From: Chrysomallon squamiferum
Lineage: Eukaryota; Animalia; Mollusca
Length of the DNA stretch: 64,000 bases
Assembly (NCBI GenBank): GCA_012295275.1
Contig: CM022674.1
Span: forward strand, 10,416,001-10,480,000
Direction: 5' to 3'
A model generated the notes under the pieces. That model made no database searches. It was not told the DNA's origin and was given only the letters and a program-made list of their open reading frames with translations. Position numbers and translations under genes: made by a program. Of the stretch, positions 40,673 through 57,289 are shown piece after piece; positions within the stretch are counted from its first letter, which is position 1; each line of letters starts with the position of its first letter.

Positions 40673-41539
40673 TTTGGTGTCTAGAATGACAGTGTATTAT
40701 TCATGCACAGACGATATGACAGGAAGATACTGAATATCAGAAAGAATTCTAGCTACAAACAACACCAGGAAATATCGAAATTACAATGAAACCTGTTTTC
40801 GGATGAAACTTCATCTACATGTTATTAAAAATGTGTAAACACTGAGTGAAGCCCAACAACATATTAGTTCCAGAAGCGACATATCTAAGTGAAGCGTGCA
40901 TACAACCCATTCTTAAACTGACACCCTGCAGTCTTCATTAACTGCGCAAATACAATTTTCTGTCTATTTATAGATGCCACAAAGGATGTTTTGGCCTTCT
41001 GTTCTTTTCAAATATTTAATAATCGACAATGAACTAAACCAAACACGTTTATTTAAATAAGTTATGTTACTGAAACAATGACATTTATTATATTAATGTT
41101 GGTATTTCCCTGTCTATAAATAGCAAGAACCCTAACTCTGGATGAAATTATCTGCAACGGTTCAGTGTGTAAACCAGTGTATTTGATGCATTGAATTTGT
41201 AGAGAGACAGAATGTATTCCCTAGCGAAATCCTCTGCTTAAGTATGTTGTGTATGTGTCTGTTTTTATATGTTTATACCTAGTGTGTCTGTGCAATTAAT
41301 GTGTATATAATATTGTTATAATGTTTGAATGTATCTGCAAAATGGTTGATGTTTTAGATAACTATTGTAAACTGACACATATCGATGTACAAACTATGAA
41401 TATAATGACATTTGGTGATTCAAACGTATAGCTTTTGTTACTGTCAGAAAAAAGCAGGTAACACAAAATAAAGGCTATGATTTTGTTTATTAGCCAAAAC
41501 CTCCCCGCATGCAAACCACGTTACCGATTATGAATAATG

Positions 41540-42022
41540 GTAACCCTGTATTCCAGCACGACAATGCGAGACCACATACAGCCAGACTCACAACAGTGTA
41601 CCTACACAACAATAACATTCAAGTCCTGCCCTGACCCTCTAAATCTCCGGATTTGAACTATATAGAGCCATTTTGGGACGAGTTGGATAGACGACTGAGA
41701 CAGCATCAACCACAGCCACAGAATCGTGCTCAGTTGGCATTATTACTACATACACAGAGGGCTACCATTCCACAAGATGTAATTCGTAATGTCATTACTG
41801 CCATGGGAAGAAGATGTCAGGCAGTTCTGAAATACCATGGTCGGCACACAAGGTATTGATATTACATTGTTAAAGTTTAACCTTTTCAATGTAATACCAT
41901 CAATATTAATAAATTGCGAAAGTGTGTGTAAAATGTGAACATTCTGCTGCTTTCTGTTGATCAATTAGATAAATATTCCCAATGTCAATAAAATCTACTT
42001 TTGCGTTTCTTTATGTCTGTGT
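41540..42022 (+). mobile_element. Tc1-family (DD34E-type) transposase 3' relic
   Basis: FQHDNARPHTARLT...LP*PSKSPDLNYIEPFWDELDRR...GRRCQAVLKYHGRHTRY*; in-frame stop replaces the Trp of WPSKSPDLN. Confidence 0.88.
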
Positions 42023-43468
42023 ATGTGTGTGTTTATATATATACACATACATACATACAGGTATATATGTATGTAAGTATTAATATATATGTGTATGTGT
42101 TTCTGGATGTGTGTGTGCGTGCGTGTGTGTCTGTACGCGTACGTATGTAGGTATTAATATGTAAGTCCATATATGTGTGTGTGTGTGTGTGTGTACGCGT
42201 GCGTAAGTAGGTATTAATATGTAAATCCATACTTACAAATTTACTGTTTTTAATCACCGTTAGAAATATCCTAAGGGATTAAATTTAAAAAAAAAATGTT
42301 AACAATACATTATTATAAACAATGATTAAGACCTGACCGAACTGTATTCAAATAAACAATTTATCTTTCTTTACCTGTTTTGTTAATTTTAAAATTGACT
42401 AAGCTTACACTGATCAGTCTCTATATGATCATCCACTGAACTGAGTCACGTGGGATGAATTGAAATGACTTTCCCAGCTTTGATTTGTCTTCAAAGCGAT
42501 CTCGTTATTTATAATATTCATGTTTTTTTTTTTTTTTTTCATGTAAACTAGATATTGCGTTTAGAATAAGCCTGAAATATATATGTATGTATATAGACAT
42601 ATATAGGTGTGTGCGTGTGAGTGTGTTTATTTATTATGTTTAGTAGTATTAGTAGTGGTAGTGATAGTAGTAGTAATAGTAGTAGTAATAGTAGTCACAT
42701 TAATATCATCATTGTTTGGTTACTATGAGGGTGTGGTCCAGACAGTACTTTGATCTGGGCCCAAGAGCTAAGAAGGGACCCACGACTACCATGCGTCTGC
42801 TTGTTTCATTCTGTTATTTCTGATTCTGAATTCTGAGAAAAATCTTTGCCTGTCTCGGGACCCAAAAGGGGTATCGTATAGCCTTGCAGAATTTCTCTTG
42901 GAGGCCCTGCTGTCAACCATTTCCATAATTTCAAACTCTGGCAGATGAAGGAATCGGTAAACCGAACTAATGTCAACTGAAAGTATAAAACAACAACATT
43001 TTTTCTAGTATAATTTCAATATTTATATTTGTCCATGAAATTGTGGCATATTTAGGTGTTTTCTTATATTCTTTTACATTTTTGTTTTACTTTATATCAT
43101 CCAACAATAAGAAAGACTTTTACGTTAAATTGTTTTGGAATTTCTTTAAATTTATGGTGATTTATGAATAGAGATATTTCAAAATACCAGATAAAGCTAA
43201 TTTTTACATTAAATCTGATATAGGGATCCTAGGAGATGCTGCTGAAAATATGAATTGTTATGGAGTGAAAATTCCGCCGAAAAGTTATTTAAGAATGCCA
43301 CTGATTATTGCTAAATACAGAAACATTTAATCCTATACTTCAGTTTAAGTATGACCTTTCTGCAGTTCTCTCTCACTAAGAGCTTCAAAGCTCAATAATA
43401 ATAATAATAATAATAATAATAACGATTATTATTGTTGTTATTATTATTATTGATCTTGTTATTATAGA

Positions 43469-43508
<40 letters not shown>

Positions 43509-43525
43509 GTTGTTGTTGTTTACAG

Positions 43526-44735
43526 AAGAAAAGCATGTTTATGAGCCACCTCTGTCACCTGTTCCGACCACCATTCAAGTTTTCTCAGTTAAAACGTGGA
43601 ACAGTAAGAAAGTGAAAAGCTGGTTACTGAAAAACAATATTACAAGGTAATGTTCTTAGAAGCAGGAACTGGATATTAGGTTTTCAAATTTATTTTTTGA
43701 TGATAAGAACAAAGTACATAAATGTACTTAATGTAATTTCAATATATTGTTTTAATTTGTTAATAGAATCCACACTTTGCTAACAATAAATATTTTAAGC
43801 TGGTATTATTCTGTTGTACAAATATAGTCCAAGCACATTTTGTGTGATCGAAATGATTGTTTAATTTAAAAAATGAAATCACTCACCTTTGTTAATAATA
43901 AATTATGATATCAGAATTATAATTCTATTCTTTACCAATATTATCGCATTTATTGTGATATTATGCACTGACTGTGCAAGGACAAAAAAAATGCTTTCTA
44001 GACTAAGCATATGACTACTTTTTAATGATTTATTCAGTCTGTTATGTTTTATTTACATATTTTAACAAAACAGTGTAAGTATGTTACACGATTGATTAAA
44101 CAGACTGTGTAGTAATTTTACATCTCTATAATTAATTCTGAATAAAAGTTAATGCAGAGGTTTGTTTCAAGAACATGTTAGATGAAAAATGTGGATTAAT
44201 CATAATAGTACTGTTGAAATGTGAAAGTTGGTGTGTGTGTGCGTGTGTGTGCGATTTGTGTGTGCATATGCTTGTGTGTGTTTTCTTTCTTTCAGTATTA
44301 TGCTCATATTTCATTCATTTATTTCTGGGTATTTTATACATCTTATTTTACTGAAAATCTTCACACTTTGTCGGGAAGGAAAGTGATCTTTTTGAAATAA
44401 GTAAAACGGCAGCTAAACACACTGAACCTTTTTTCAATAATTTAATATTAGTCCAGTGAATAGAATGTTTTAGCTTCATCCTTGCAGAATGGTTCATGGT
44501 TGATTGTAGTAAGTTTAACAAAATATACAGTATCTCAGGAAAAAGAAAGAATATTTTTTTTTCTGCTTTTTCTTATTATTCTGTGACTATCTGTTTTAGT
44601 AATTTTATTTTGTAATTGAAATATTATCTTTAATTCAGGCAGCTGATTTTTACTATCAGACTGAAGACAGAACTAAAACTGAAGTCTATAAACAGCATCA
44701 TGGAAATCACTAATCGTCTCAAAATTATTCAATAG
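43526..44735 (+). pseudogene. Decayed C-terminal SAM-like exons
   Basis: Exon 43526-43646 VKTWNSKKVKSWLLKNNI (SAM helix-1 W..V..WL); ~44350-44412 LHTLSGRKVIFLK*VKRQ; exon 44639-44735 AADFYYQ then frameshift LKTELKLKSINSIMEITNRLKIIQ*. Confidence 0.5.
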
Positions 44736-44901
44736 CAAAGACGATTTTTCTGTCTTTTTTTTGTATAATGTATTTCTGTCTCTAGCCTTATTTGAATTTA
44801 TTTTCTGTCATACTCTTGGTTTATTTCCTTCCATCCATTTAGTGTCTCTCCAGTTGTTTCTTTATTGCCATCAGGGTGTTCCTGGGATTATTATAATTAT
44901 A

Positions 44902-44943
<42 letters not shown>

Positions 44944-45439
44944 GTTGTTGTTGTTATTATTATTATTATTATTGTTATTGTTATTACTATTATTATTATT
45001 ATTATTGTTGTTGTTGTTGTTGTTGTTATTATTATTATTTTATATAATTACTGTTATTAATGTTATACTATTGTTTTTATTATTATTATTGTTACTGATA
45101 TTATTATTAGTAGTATTGTTATAATGGTTGTTATTTTGTTATTTTAATTTGTATTTGTTTTATTACAGTTATTTATAATGCATCACTACAGACTGTATGA
45201 CAAAATACATTAAAAAAACAACAAAAAAAACCTACAGAAATGTAATGTATGTCACCATCAAATCTCCTGCTAGAATCTGATTCGTGTGATGATAAATCTT
45301 TAACATTTACAACTAGTTCACTTTTTTTTTTTTTTATTATATATAGATTTATTTTCTTTTGTTTTTTGAGATGATAATTCGGTATTTCTTTATCAGTTTC
45401 TTGTCTGTATAAAAATGTTTGAATATTTAGGAATACACT

Positions 45440-45990
45440 TATTAGTTAAAATAGCTTTTTCTATAGCACAAACATATACCCCACAGTTACTGCTATCAAT
45501 CTGTCTGGCATTTCAGAGTAATTAACAAAAGACCACAATGGGGTTTTCCATAATATATCTTATGTTCCAACATTAAATATCTGGAAACATGAAAAATGAC
45601 TTCATTTTTTTACCTCCTAATGTACCACAGTAGTACAGTACGTTTTTTTTAGCTATATCTGTTTCATTTATTACTCAGTGAGTGTTTCTTTCATTCAAAG
45701 GAACAACAACGTATTCATAATCAAACCATCTTTTACATTTACTTTCTCCCACGTGAAATGTCCATCTGGGTTGGTCACTATCACCGTTCACAAATATCTT
45801 CTGACCAATCCAACCACAATCTACCATGTGAATGTGTTGATTCTTCAGTTGTTTTTGAAGTACAGACATGAATACATTAATGTGGCTGCTATTCAGGCAG
45901 CTATCATGTAGAAGAATGTGGTTTATGACATCTGCATTTACCGTTATACCATCAATTTGAGTGCTAACAAAATATACCAATGTTTGCATC
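45440..45990 (-). pseudogene. Ulp1/SENP-like (peptidase C48) domain relic, intronless
   Basis: CLNSSHINVFMSVL ... YVVVPLNERNTH*V (HW with W to stop) ... VLYY ... PRQIDSSNCGVYVC, matching the C48 His and Q..DCG motifs. Confidence 0.7.
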
Positions 45991-46419
45991 GCTATTGGAT
46001 TCTAATCAATGAAGCGCTGTCTTTGTCTCTCACTCTATTTTTTCGTATTAAAATGTAATATCTCTGATGATACACTGTTTATTATACTCTTGTAGTCAAA
46101 TAATAACAATAATCTGCACGTTTGTAAATCTGTTACGTTTATGTCATTTACAGGTTTCATTTCACAATTCTTAATTTCCAAAATATCAACTTCACAACAA
46201 ACAAGAATCCATTGTCCAATCTTTGCTGCAACAGATGAATTAATCTTGTATGATGGTCCATCAAGTTCTGACAGTCTTCACGTCTTGTAATCTTATTTGG
46301 CTCGTTTCTTGATTGTCTAACACGTCTACAGTCTGATATTTTAACAGTGAAAATCTTAAGATTGTAAACACAAGAAAAGTGTTTTCATAATATGTTCAGT
46401 TTTACTGTGAAAACTACTG

Positions 46420-46815
46420 AGACTTCACTCAAACCCAGGTACTGTTCACTGTTGTTATTTGCTTTCATGATATGTTTAGTGACTTCACTCAAACCCAGGT
46501 ACTGTTCACTGTTGTTATTTGCTTTCATGATATGTTTAGTGACTTCACTCAAACCAGGTACTGTTCACTGTTGTTATTTGCTTTCATGATATGTTTAGTG
46601 ACTTCACTCAAACCTAGGTACTGTTCACTGTTGTTATTTGCTTTCATGATATGTTTAGTGACTTCACTCAAACCCAGGTACAGTTCACTGTTGTTATTTG
46701 CTTTCATGATATGTTTAGTGACTTCACTCAAACCAGGTACTGTTCACTGTTGTTATTGGCTTTCATGATATGTTTAGTGACTTCACTCAAACCCAGCTAC
46801 TGTTCACTGTTGTGT
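46420..46815. repeat. 59-60 bp tandem repeat, about 6.5 near-identical copies
   Basis: Unit gacttcactcaaacccaggtactgttcactgttgttatttgctttcatgatatgtttagt; only one minus-strand frame is open (LGLSEVTKHIMKANNNSEQY). Confidence 0.93.
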
Positions 46816-47279
46816 CACGTTTTATACCTTTGAAACCACTGCTGATGCACCAAGCATTAATAACAGGTTGAGTAAATTATGGCAGATGTTTGTCTACTCT
46901 ATGACAGAATAACATACAGCATGTATCATTAAAATTGTCACTTGAGTAAGACCGATAATTATCATCACATGAAACAAACTGACGACAATGTTCAATGATG
47001 CGGTATAATGTCCTTGGTGACAGAAATCTCCAGGGTTTCAAACTCTTCAGCTGATATTTAGTTTCTGCTTTTTCTGTATTTTTTCTCTGATCATTAGCTT
47101 TCATGAACAAATTGGGAGAAACTTGAACGTAATTTGAATTTTTTTCTCATATATTCACTCATCAAATAAAAATAAGAGTTGAAGGGAAAGAAACTAAACG
47201 TTCTTTAATAAATATTTATCATGTGAGCATAGGCAGGTCTTTTCTACTGTCTTTGATTTAAGAAAATTATCAAATAACT

Positions 47280-47760
47280 GTTGTACAGAACTGTAACCCA
47301 TCGCATCAAGCTAACACATATGAAATGTCCATACTTATTTCCCCGGATCTTCATTGTAAACAAATATACTTACGTTCTATAATAATATTACCGTAAGCTC
47401 TTTCAGTATATTGCTAATAATTTTAGCAAAAACTCCTAAGCATCTTCCTGACCATTAATATTTGATCCCATTCCATAAGCAACATTTAATACAACTTTGT
47501 GTAAAATATCATCTGATACCTCTTCGCAGTGTTTATTTTCATGTTTCAAATGTTGCGGTATTTGCAGTACACTTTCTTCTACTAATTGAACTCGTAATTT
47601 TACACAATTATCAGAATATACAGTTACAGGTTCACATTTATTTTCATAAATAATTAACCATGCAAATCACTTGCTACTAGGGATTGCATCACTGCTTTAA
47701 GGCAGCAGGTGTTGTCAAAATACTTCAAAGGTCTCCATATGAATCCTGTATCAGTGACGT
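47280..47760 (-). pseudogene. USP-like (peptidase C19) domain relic, intronless
   Basis: RPLKYFDNTCCLKAVMQSL (Cys box), NGQEDA*EFLLKLL (QxDA-EF box with stop, ~47420-47455), GNKYGHFICV...VLYN (His-box-like, ~47280-47345). Confidence 0.6.
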
Positions 47761-48339
47761 CCATGTCATCATTTTTTACATTTCTCTCACATTCACTGCT
47801 GTGATCATACACTAGATTGGATTCGTTCTTTATTTTAGTTGTATTGTTTCTTCTTTCAATTTTACTTTTGACTGCTTCCTGAAAAGTACCTTGTTTCTTA
47901 AAATGATCAGGTTTCTGTTTTGATTTGGCCCACATTTCTGATATTGTTATATTTTTTTTTTTTTACCAATTTGCTTCTTTATCTTCTTTAATATTTTTTC
48001 ACTTTCATACAATCTACCGCTGCCAATTTTTGCACCTCAACAGTTTGGTTTTCCATTTTTCTGAAACATTATCCAGTCTTTGTTGGCTTCTGCCTTGCAG
48101 TCCAATATATTTCAGAATTCTAAACGTCCAAAACTTTACCTTGAACACTGTCAACACTTCGGTGGACGACCGCGATATTTTCTGTGCTACTGTTTGGCAT
48201 CAGAATTTGCACATACTGACACAAACCAAACATTACATTTAAGATAGACCAACCCTAGACACTATACATGGAAATACACAACAGCCGTAACACTGCTCCC
48301 CCAAATTACTACTAACTATACATACATACATCCCTGTAT

Positions 48340-48582
48340 TGTTTACATTTCTCTCACATTCACAGCTGTGATCATGCACTAGATTGGATTCGTTCTTTAT
48401 TTTAATGTTATTGTTTCTTGTTTCAATTTTATTTTTGGGTGCTTGCTGAAAAGTACCTTGATTCTTAAAATGATCAGGTTGTTGTTTTTATTTGGTCCAC
48501 ATTTCTGATATTGTTATATTTATTTTTTACCATTTGGCTTGTTTAATCTTCTTTAAATATTGTTTCACTTTCATACAATATA
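48340..48582. repeat. Diverged direct duplicate of ~47775-48013
   Basis: acatttctctcacattcac..gctgtgatcat..actagattggattcgttctttatttta...cactttcatacaat present in both. Confidence 0.85.
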
Positions 48583-49657
48583 CACAACAACAGTTTAGAT
48601 TTAAAGACTGTATGTATTATACGATCATATAATAGTTATTTACCATGTAAAGTTATAACGCTTACACAGCTGATTACAAACAGTTTCATGCCACAAAATG
48701 ACTCTCACCACATCAGTGAACATACAGGGGATATTAAATATATTTATCCCTCAAGGTAAAATAGCACACCCGAAGATGTATTTGAATATGCAAGTATATC
48801 AAAATAACCTACTACTTAGCAAGATGATCAGATGTCCCGCTATTCTCACCCGCTGTTTGAGAAATAATAACTATAGTTTACTTTGATGATTATACTACTT
48901 CTAACTATATATAGTTAAATGATAATTGTTAGGAAACCACATCAAACTACCTTTCAGTTCCTCAAACAGAGCCTTAAAAACTTATAGTTATCTCAGTCAG
49001 CTGGATCTATGTAACTGTCCATCCGAGGGTTAGCCACCCGTCTGTTCTGTACGGTGTAAAAACTGATTGCCCCAAACAAAACACGATCTCTACTTTTATT
49101 ACCTAGGAAAGACCACATAGCGGCTCTTTTAACATAGATGTCCCAGATTGGTGACAAGACTTTAGCAGACACAGGTGCCAAGGTTCCCCAAAGCAACACC
49201 TCACCATAGCTTATACAAGTTTTAAGAAAAATCTAACAGCTATTACATATAAAACAGGAGACTTCTTTCTCCGTCACACTTAGCTTATATAAATCTTAAA
49301 GGTTACATATTAAAGAGCAGATTGCTGTCTCCCTTACAAATTCTATGTCACTAGTGGATGTCAGAGGAGTCACAAGAACTCGTACAATGCATTATTCAAT
49401 TGTAGTGTGTTTTTCTTGAATACAGGAAATGTTGCTCATCTAATAAAGAAAACAAAAATAATTACATTTTATAAAACATTTATTAGGATAATTATTAACA
49501 GCATTACAATACACTCCGTATTAATAATTACCATTATATTGAAATAATACAAAACTCTAACAGAAAGTAGTGAAACATTAAACTCTAAATTAATATATTT
49601 CAACAACATTCAAATTTAGTATTTACTGATTTAACTAAGTTATATTGGTCACACACA

Positions 49658-49699
<42 letters not shown>

Positions 49700-50349
49700 C
49701 ATTAATAACAATTAGTATATTTCTCATTTAGTATTCAAAATAATAAAATCAAGGTTTAGTTTTATGGATACTCTCACTTTTGTTACACATCCATTTGTCA
49801 TATAACAAAGAAAGTCATGGTCGAATTAACTGGTTAACAGATGTCCTCTATCTGGTATACAATAATGGATTCATCTTTGCAGCTGTTGCACAATCAGCTT
49901 AGGAAATAATTAAGCAATTGATCCCTATTACGATTTACCAGAAGTCAAAACAAAAAACAGCAAAGTTTAAACAAAGCAGTTTAATTACTGGTGATACTGG
50001 AACGTTAGTTAATTCCCACGTCGCTAATCCCAATAAAAACAACAGCTTAATACAAACGCACTATCACGTGACTTGCACATCCAATCAGACCAAGTATTTT
50101 GTTAATCTGATTTCCTGTTCCTGAAAGTGAAAACAAAAGCATCTTATGGAAATGAAAGTCGTGTCTCTTATCTGTTTGTGAAAATAGATAATGTTTATTA
50201 GTATTAAAGGGATTTTATCCATTTTATCAATGTAAATTATTGCTAAAGATACGTTTGTATGTAGCATGCAATGAGAAAAGGTAAAAAGAGAAAACAAATA
50301 AGAGTGAAAATATAAGTGAAGAGAAAATTAAAGGTAAGCAGTAGCCAAG

Positions 50350-52040
50350 CTGGTCAAGAAGTCATCATACTGAAGATGTCAAAATACACAAAAGTCAAAT
50401 GACCTTAAATGTTCATCTGCACCATTTTATCAGTCAACACCAATTCAACAGTAAGCAGCCACCCAGCAGTCTCAGCAGTCACAGTATGGACAATGTGGAC
50501 AACACTATGGAACTCACGGTCAGTATTCTGGTTTAATTTCACTAGTTGTGCACAATCAAGATGTCAGTATAAAATCAGATACTTTGACTACAAAGTTAGA
50601 TATAATGTGTGATAAACTGGAGAAATTGGACATCATCGAAAAACGACTGAATAGTATGGAAATAACTGTCTAATATATCGGTGGTAAAATGACTGATATT
50701 AAGAAAAAAGTACAAGATGTGGAAACGGGTATGAATTATAATAACAAACAGTTTGAAAGGAATAAAAAAGATCTCGGAGATTTGAAATTTCACCAAGACA
50801 AGCCAACTCAGTCAGTGCAAAAGCTCTCCCATTTGTAAAAATACCCCAAACAAAAGTCACAAAGGAGTAAGCCCTTATGTCTTAAAAAGGATAGAGATTA
50901 ACGTGTGCGGTTTGTAAGTAAGCTCAAAGATACTATATGTACTGAAACCATTAGTAAGTATGATATAATATGTTTAGTTGAAACAAAAACAGATACGGCT
51001 GATAACATTAATATTCTTGGCTATAAAGTGCATGCTTTTGAACAGCTTGAAACTGAATATTCAGTAAAAAGAGAAAAACTAGTGATTCTATATTTGAATT
51101 TGATGGAGAGATTATAGATAAATATGAATATCTGGGCATGCATTTGACAAGAAACGGTCTATTCACTTACAACGTAAGACAACTGTATAAAAAAGCAATG
51201 AAAGCTATGTTTAGCCTAACAGCTAAAAGTCGTCAGAATAATATCTTGATCCACTGAATATTTGATTTATTGTATGGTTGTGAAATATGGGGTTTTACAA
51301 ATATATAACTAATAAAAAGACTGCATATGAAATTTTGTAAGTATTTACTAAATGTGAATAAACGTATCCCTGGTTTTATGATCTGTGATGATCTAGGACA
51401 GTATCCCTTTGTATTTCTATAAAAGTAAGAATGATAACCTTTTCAAGGAACCTAATTTGCAAAACCCAAAACAAGATTTCCTCACAACTATATTATTTAA
51501 TACATGCTATCGATTCTTTTTGGAACAAATTTGTAAAAAAATATTTTAGATGATTGATGTTTAACATATCACATCTTTGATAATGTTAAATGATTACGTG
51601 AAACGATATTCAAAATATTACATGATCACTATCAACAATTATGGAAAAAATAAATTGAAACATCTCCAAAAGGTATTAATTATAAACAAAAATTAAAAAT
51701 GAACTGAAATTAGAAAACTGTCTTACTTTTCTGCCTCAAAAGAATGCTAATGTCTTATGTAAATTTGGAACCGCGAATGCTAAACTTCCTATTGAAACCG
51801 GACAATGTTCTGATATTCTAATTAAAAACAGAAAATGTCATATTTGTAATGTTAACAAAATTGGATATGACTATCACTATATATTTGAACGTAATGATCC
51901 TATATTATTAAATGCAAGAACAGATATACCTGATAAATATAAGAGACATCCAAACATAATTTGTATAATAATTTGTTTAACAATAAAAAATATATTTGTA
52001 TTAAAAAAGCTGTGTTTTAATAAGAACTATACATGAGAGT
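50350..52040 (+). mobile_element. Internally deleted, decayed LINE (ORF1-like coil, APE endonuclease start, RT C-terminus, Cys/His tail)
   Basis: ISKYDIICLVETKTD..INILGY (APE N-terminus); YEYLG..RNG...KKAMKAMFSL; YGCEIWGF; KLPIETG..RKCHICN..IGYDYHYIF. Confidence 0.82.
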
Positions 52041-53154
52041 TATTTCCTCCATGTTAAACATCCACGCATGTGCATTTTAATTTTGTTATTATATATCTGT
52101 AATACCTTCTTCTCGGTACTGTAATCCTACAGTTTATGAAAATGATGTCGTTATCAATGTCATTCTCATTATCATTGTAAAAATTATAGAGAAAACTTGT
52201 TGTGGCACTTTATCACAAAATAATCTCATAAGCCAGTCAGCAACAATGAAAAGTCCAACTATATATACAAAACAAACACAATATGTAACACGTATATATT
52301 TATATATTAACTATATAAAAATTAGGAATTTTACTTTTCTGTACTAGAAGATATTTTCCTAAGATTTTTTCAATCTTTCTTTCTATTATTATTATTACTG
52401 TATATAAAGTTTTTATTTTTTATTCTTTATTATCATTGTATTCAGTAACAAAATCAAATGAAAAGCACTGTAACCATTACACTCATATTACTGGAATTGA
52501 CTTAATTACACTTCAGCTGTAACTACTAGGTTTGCAACAAATGGGATGTGTAACAAGTGAGAGACCATCACCATTTGTCCATTTTCATCCATTAATTAAA
52601 GAAACAGTTAATTAATAAAAAATGTAAGTTGAACATTGAACTAAAGTTAGTTGATACACAAATTTAAGATAGTAAAACATTTTATCATGCAAATAAAATA
52701 AGAAAAACAAGAACAAATCAGTGTAATTAAAAATATATACAAGTCTTTGCTATTCAAATTCAATAAGCATATTCTAATGATTAAATACATAGAAATAAAA
52801 AATAAATATATTCCCAATTAATAATAATGATAATTATATAAATAAAAAGATAAATATATAAATATACTTTTTTGAAAAAAGAGAAGTCTCTCTCACTCTT
52901 ATCCAGTGTATGAAGATAAAATAAAGGTATGAAAAATATTAATTGAATACAATAGCCAAGTATTATAAACAATATATATATTCCAAACAAAATAAATTGT
53001 ATCAGTGTATTAAAAACAGTACATAAACTGACACATTTCATACAGTTTTTGTAATAGTGACATAACCAGCAAAGATTAGCACATTAGACAATACTTTCTG
53101 TTTTCCATCACTGAAAAACAAACAAGTGAATTAAAAGTAAATCATTATAAAGCT

Positions 53155-53197
<43 letters not shown>

Positions 53198-53403
53198 TAA
53201 TAATAATAATAATAATAATAAAAGTAATAATGGCAACAAACACAATAAAAATAAATTATTATTAATAGAAAATAATTTCTGGAAGGAAACAATCATCAAG
53301 ACAGACAAAATAAATACAAGATATTTATACAAAACAATCACTCAGTGTAAGTCCAATACATTCCTCAAAATTGTTTTTAATAAAAATAAATAATCCACAA
53401 AAA

Positions 53404-53434
<31 letters not shown>

Positions 53435-53974
53435 AATAAAAACAAAATCTTGTTTGATACAACTTATTGACAAAGAAAATAAAGATAGTATCATAATTTT
53501 ATCTCAAATTAAATCAGTTTAAATCCACACTTACAGTTCAGTGTCAAAGAGATAAATGTAAACATTAGCCAAAAATGTTTCTAATTTAAAATCACATTTA
53601 TTTTATTAATTATTCACTATTTCTCAATTATTAAATAAATATTCCTCCTTAAAACTTACATTTACTTTAGTATTCATTATTTTGTAATTATTAAAGCTAT
53701 ACATAAAAACTGTCAGATGAATGAAGATTTACATTTGCTTTATCAATTTTGTTAGTATTTTCTGATAATTTAGTGAAATGTAAACATTATGAATGTATCT
53801 TCTAATTAATAAGAGAAAAATTTTGAATTACCTTTTATTTTACCACATAAATTTATATATTAAAACATGAATAAACATTTTGTAAAAAAAAATGTACATA
53901 AACCCAAATGAAAATTCAAGTTTACTTACTACAAATATATTAAAATTTGGATTTAGTATTATAGAACTATTGTG

Positions 53975-54174
53975 NNNNNNNNNNNNNNNNNNNNNNNNNN
54001 NNNNNNNNNNNNNNNNNNNNNNNNNNNNNNNNNNNNNNNNNNNNNNNNNNNNNNNNNNNNNNNNNNNNNNNNNNNNNNNNNNNNNNNNNNNNNNNNNNNN
54101 NNNNNNNNNNNNNNNNNNNNNNNNNNNNNNNNNNNNNNNNNNNNNNNNNNNNNNNNNNNNNNNNNNNNNNNNNN
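53975..54174. other. Assembly gap (200 N)
   Basis: Run of exactly 200 N; round size suggests a scaffolding placeholder. Confidence 0.99.
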
Positions 54175-56972
<2,798 letters not shown>

Positions 56973-57251
56973 GTGAGTTCAAATCTTCACAACTGACTGG
57001 TTTATTGTAATTAAAGAAAACAAATTATGAAAGTATAGAATGTTAATTTTTCTTTTTATCTCTTGTCAGATCATTTTAGTTCAGCTATACTGTATTTAAG
57101 AAGTAACATTTACAGTGTATATGTTTCAGATTTTCGATATGTCACAGAAATATATTCATTCTAAGAAATACTTCACTCTAATCATACCTGTTTTGAGATA
57201 CCTATCTGTCTGTCTATCTGTTTATTGAAGATTATGAAAATAATTTGCATA

Positions 57252-57289
<38 letters not shown>

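Noticed and set aside
42720-42910. GC-richer patch ending ggaggccctg, hAT-like end
   Set aside because: No matching opposite TIR or target-site duplication found.
46392-46833. Regular repeats that could suggest a CRISPR array (also 11660-11900)
   Set aside because: Head-to-tail units with no unique spacers, no cas genes, eukaryotic context.
48993-49199. GC-richer 68-aa minus-strand ORF
   Set aside because: No recognisable motif or supported splice partners.
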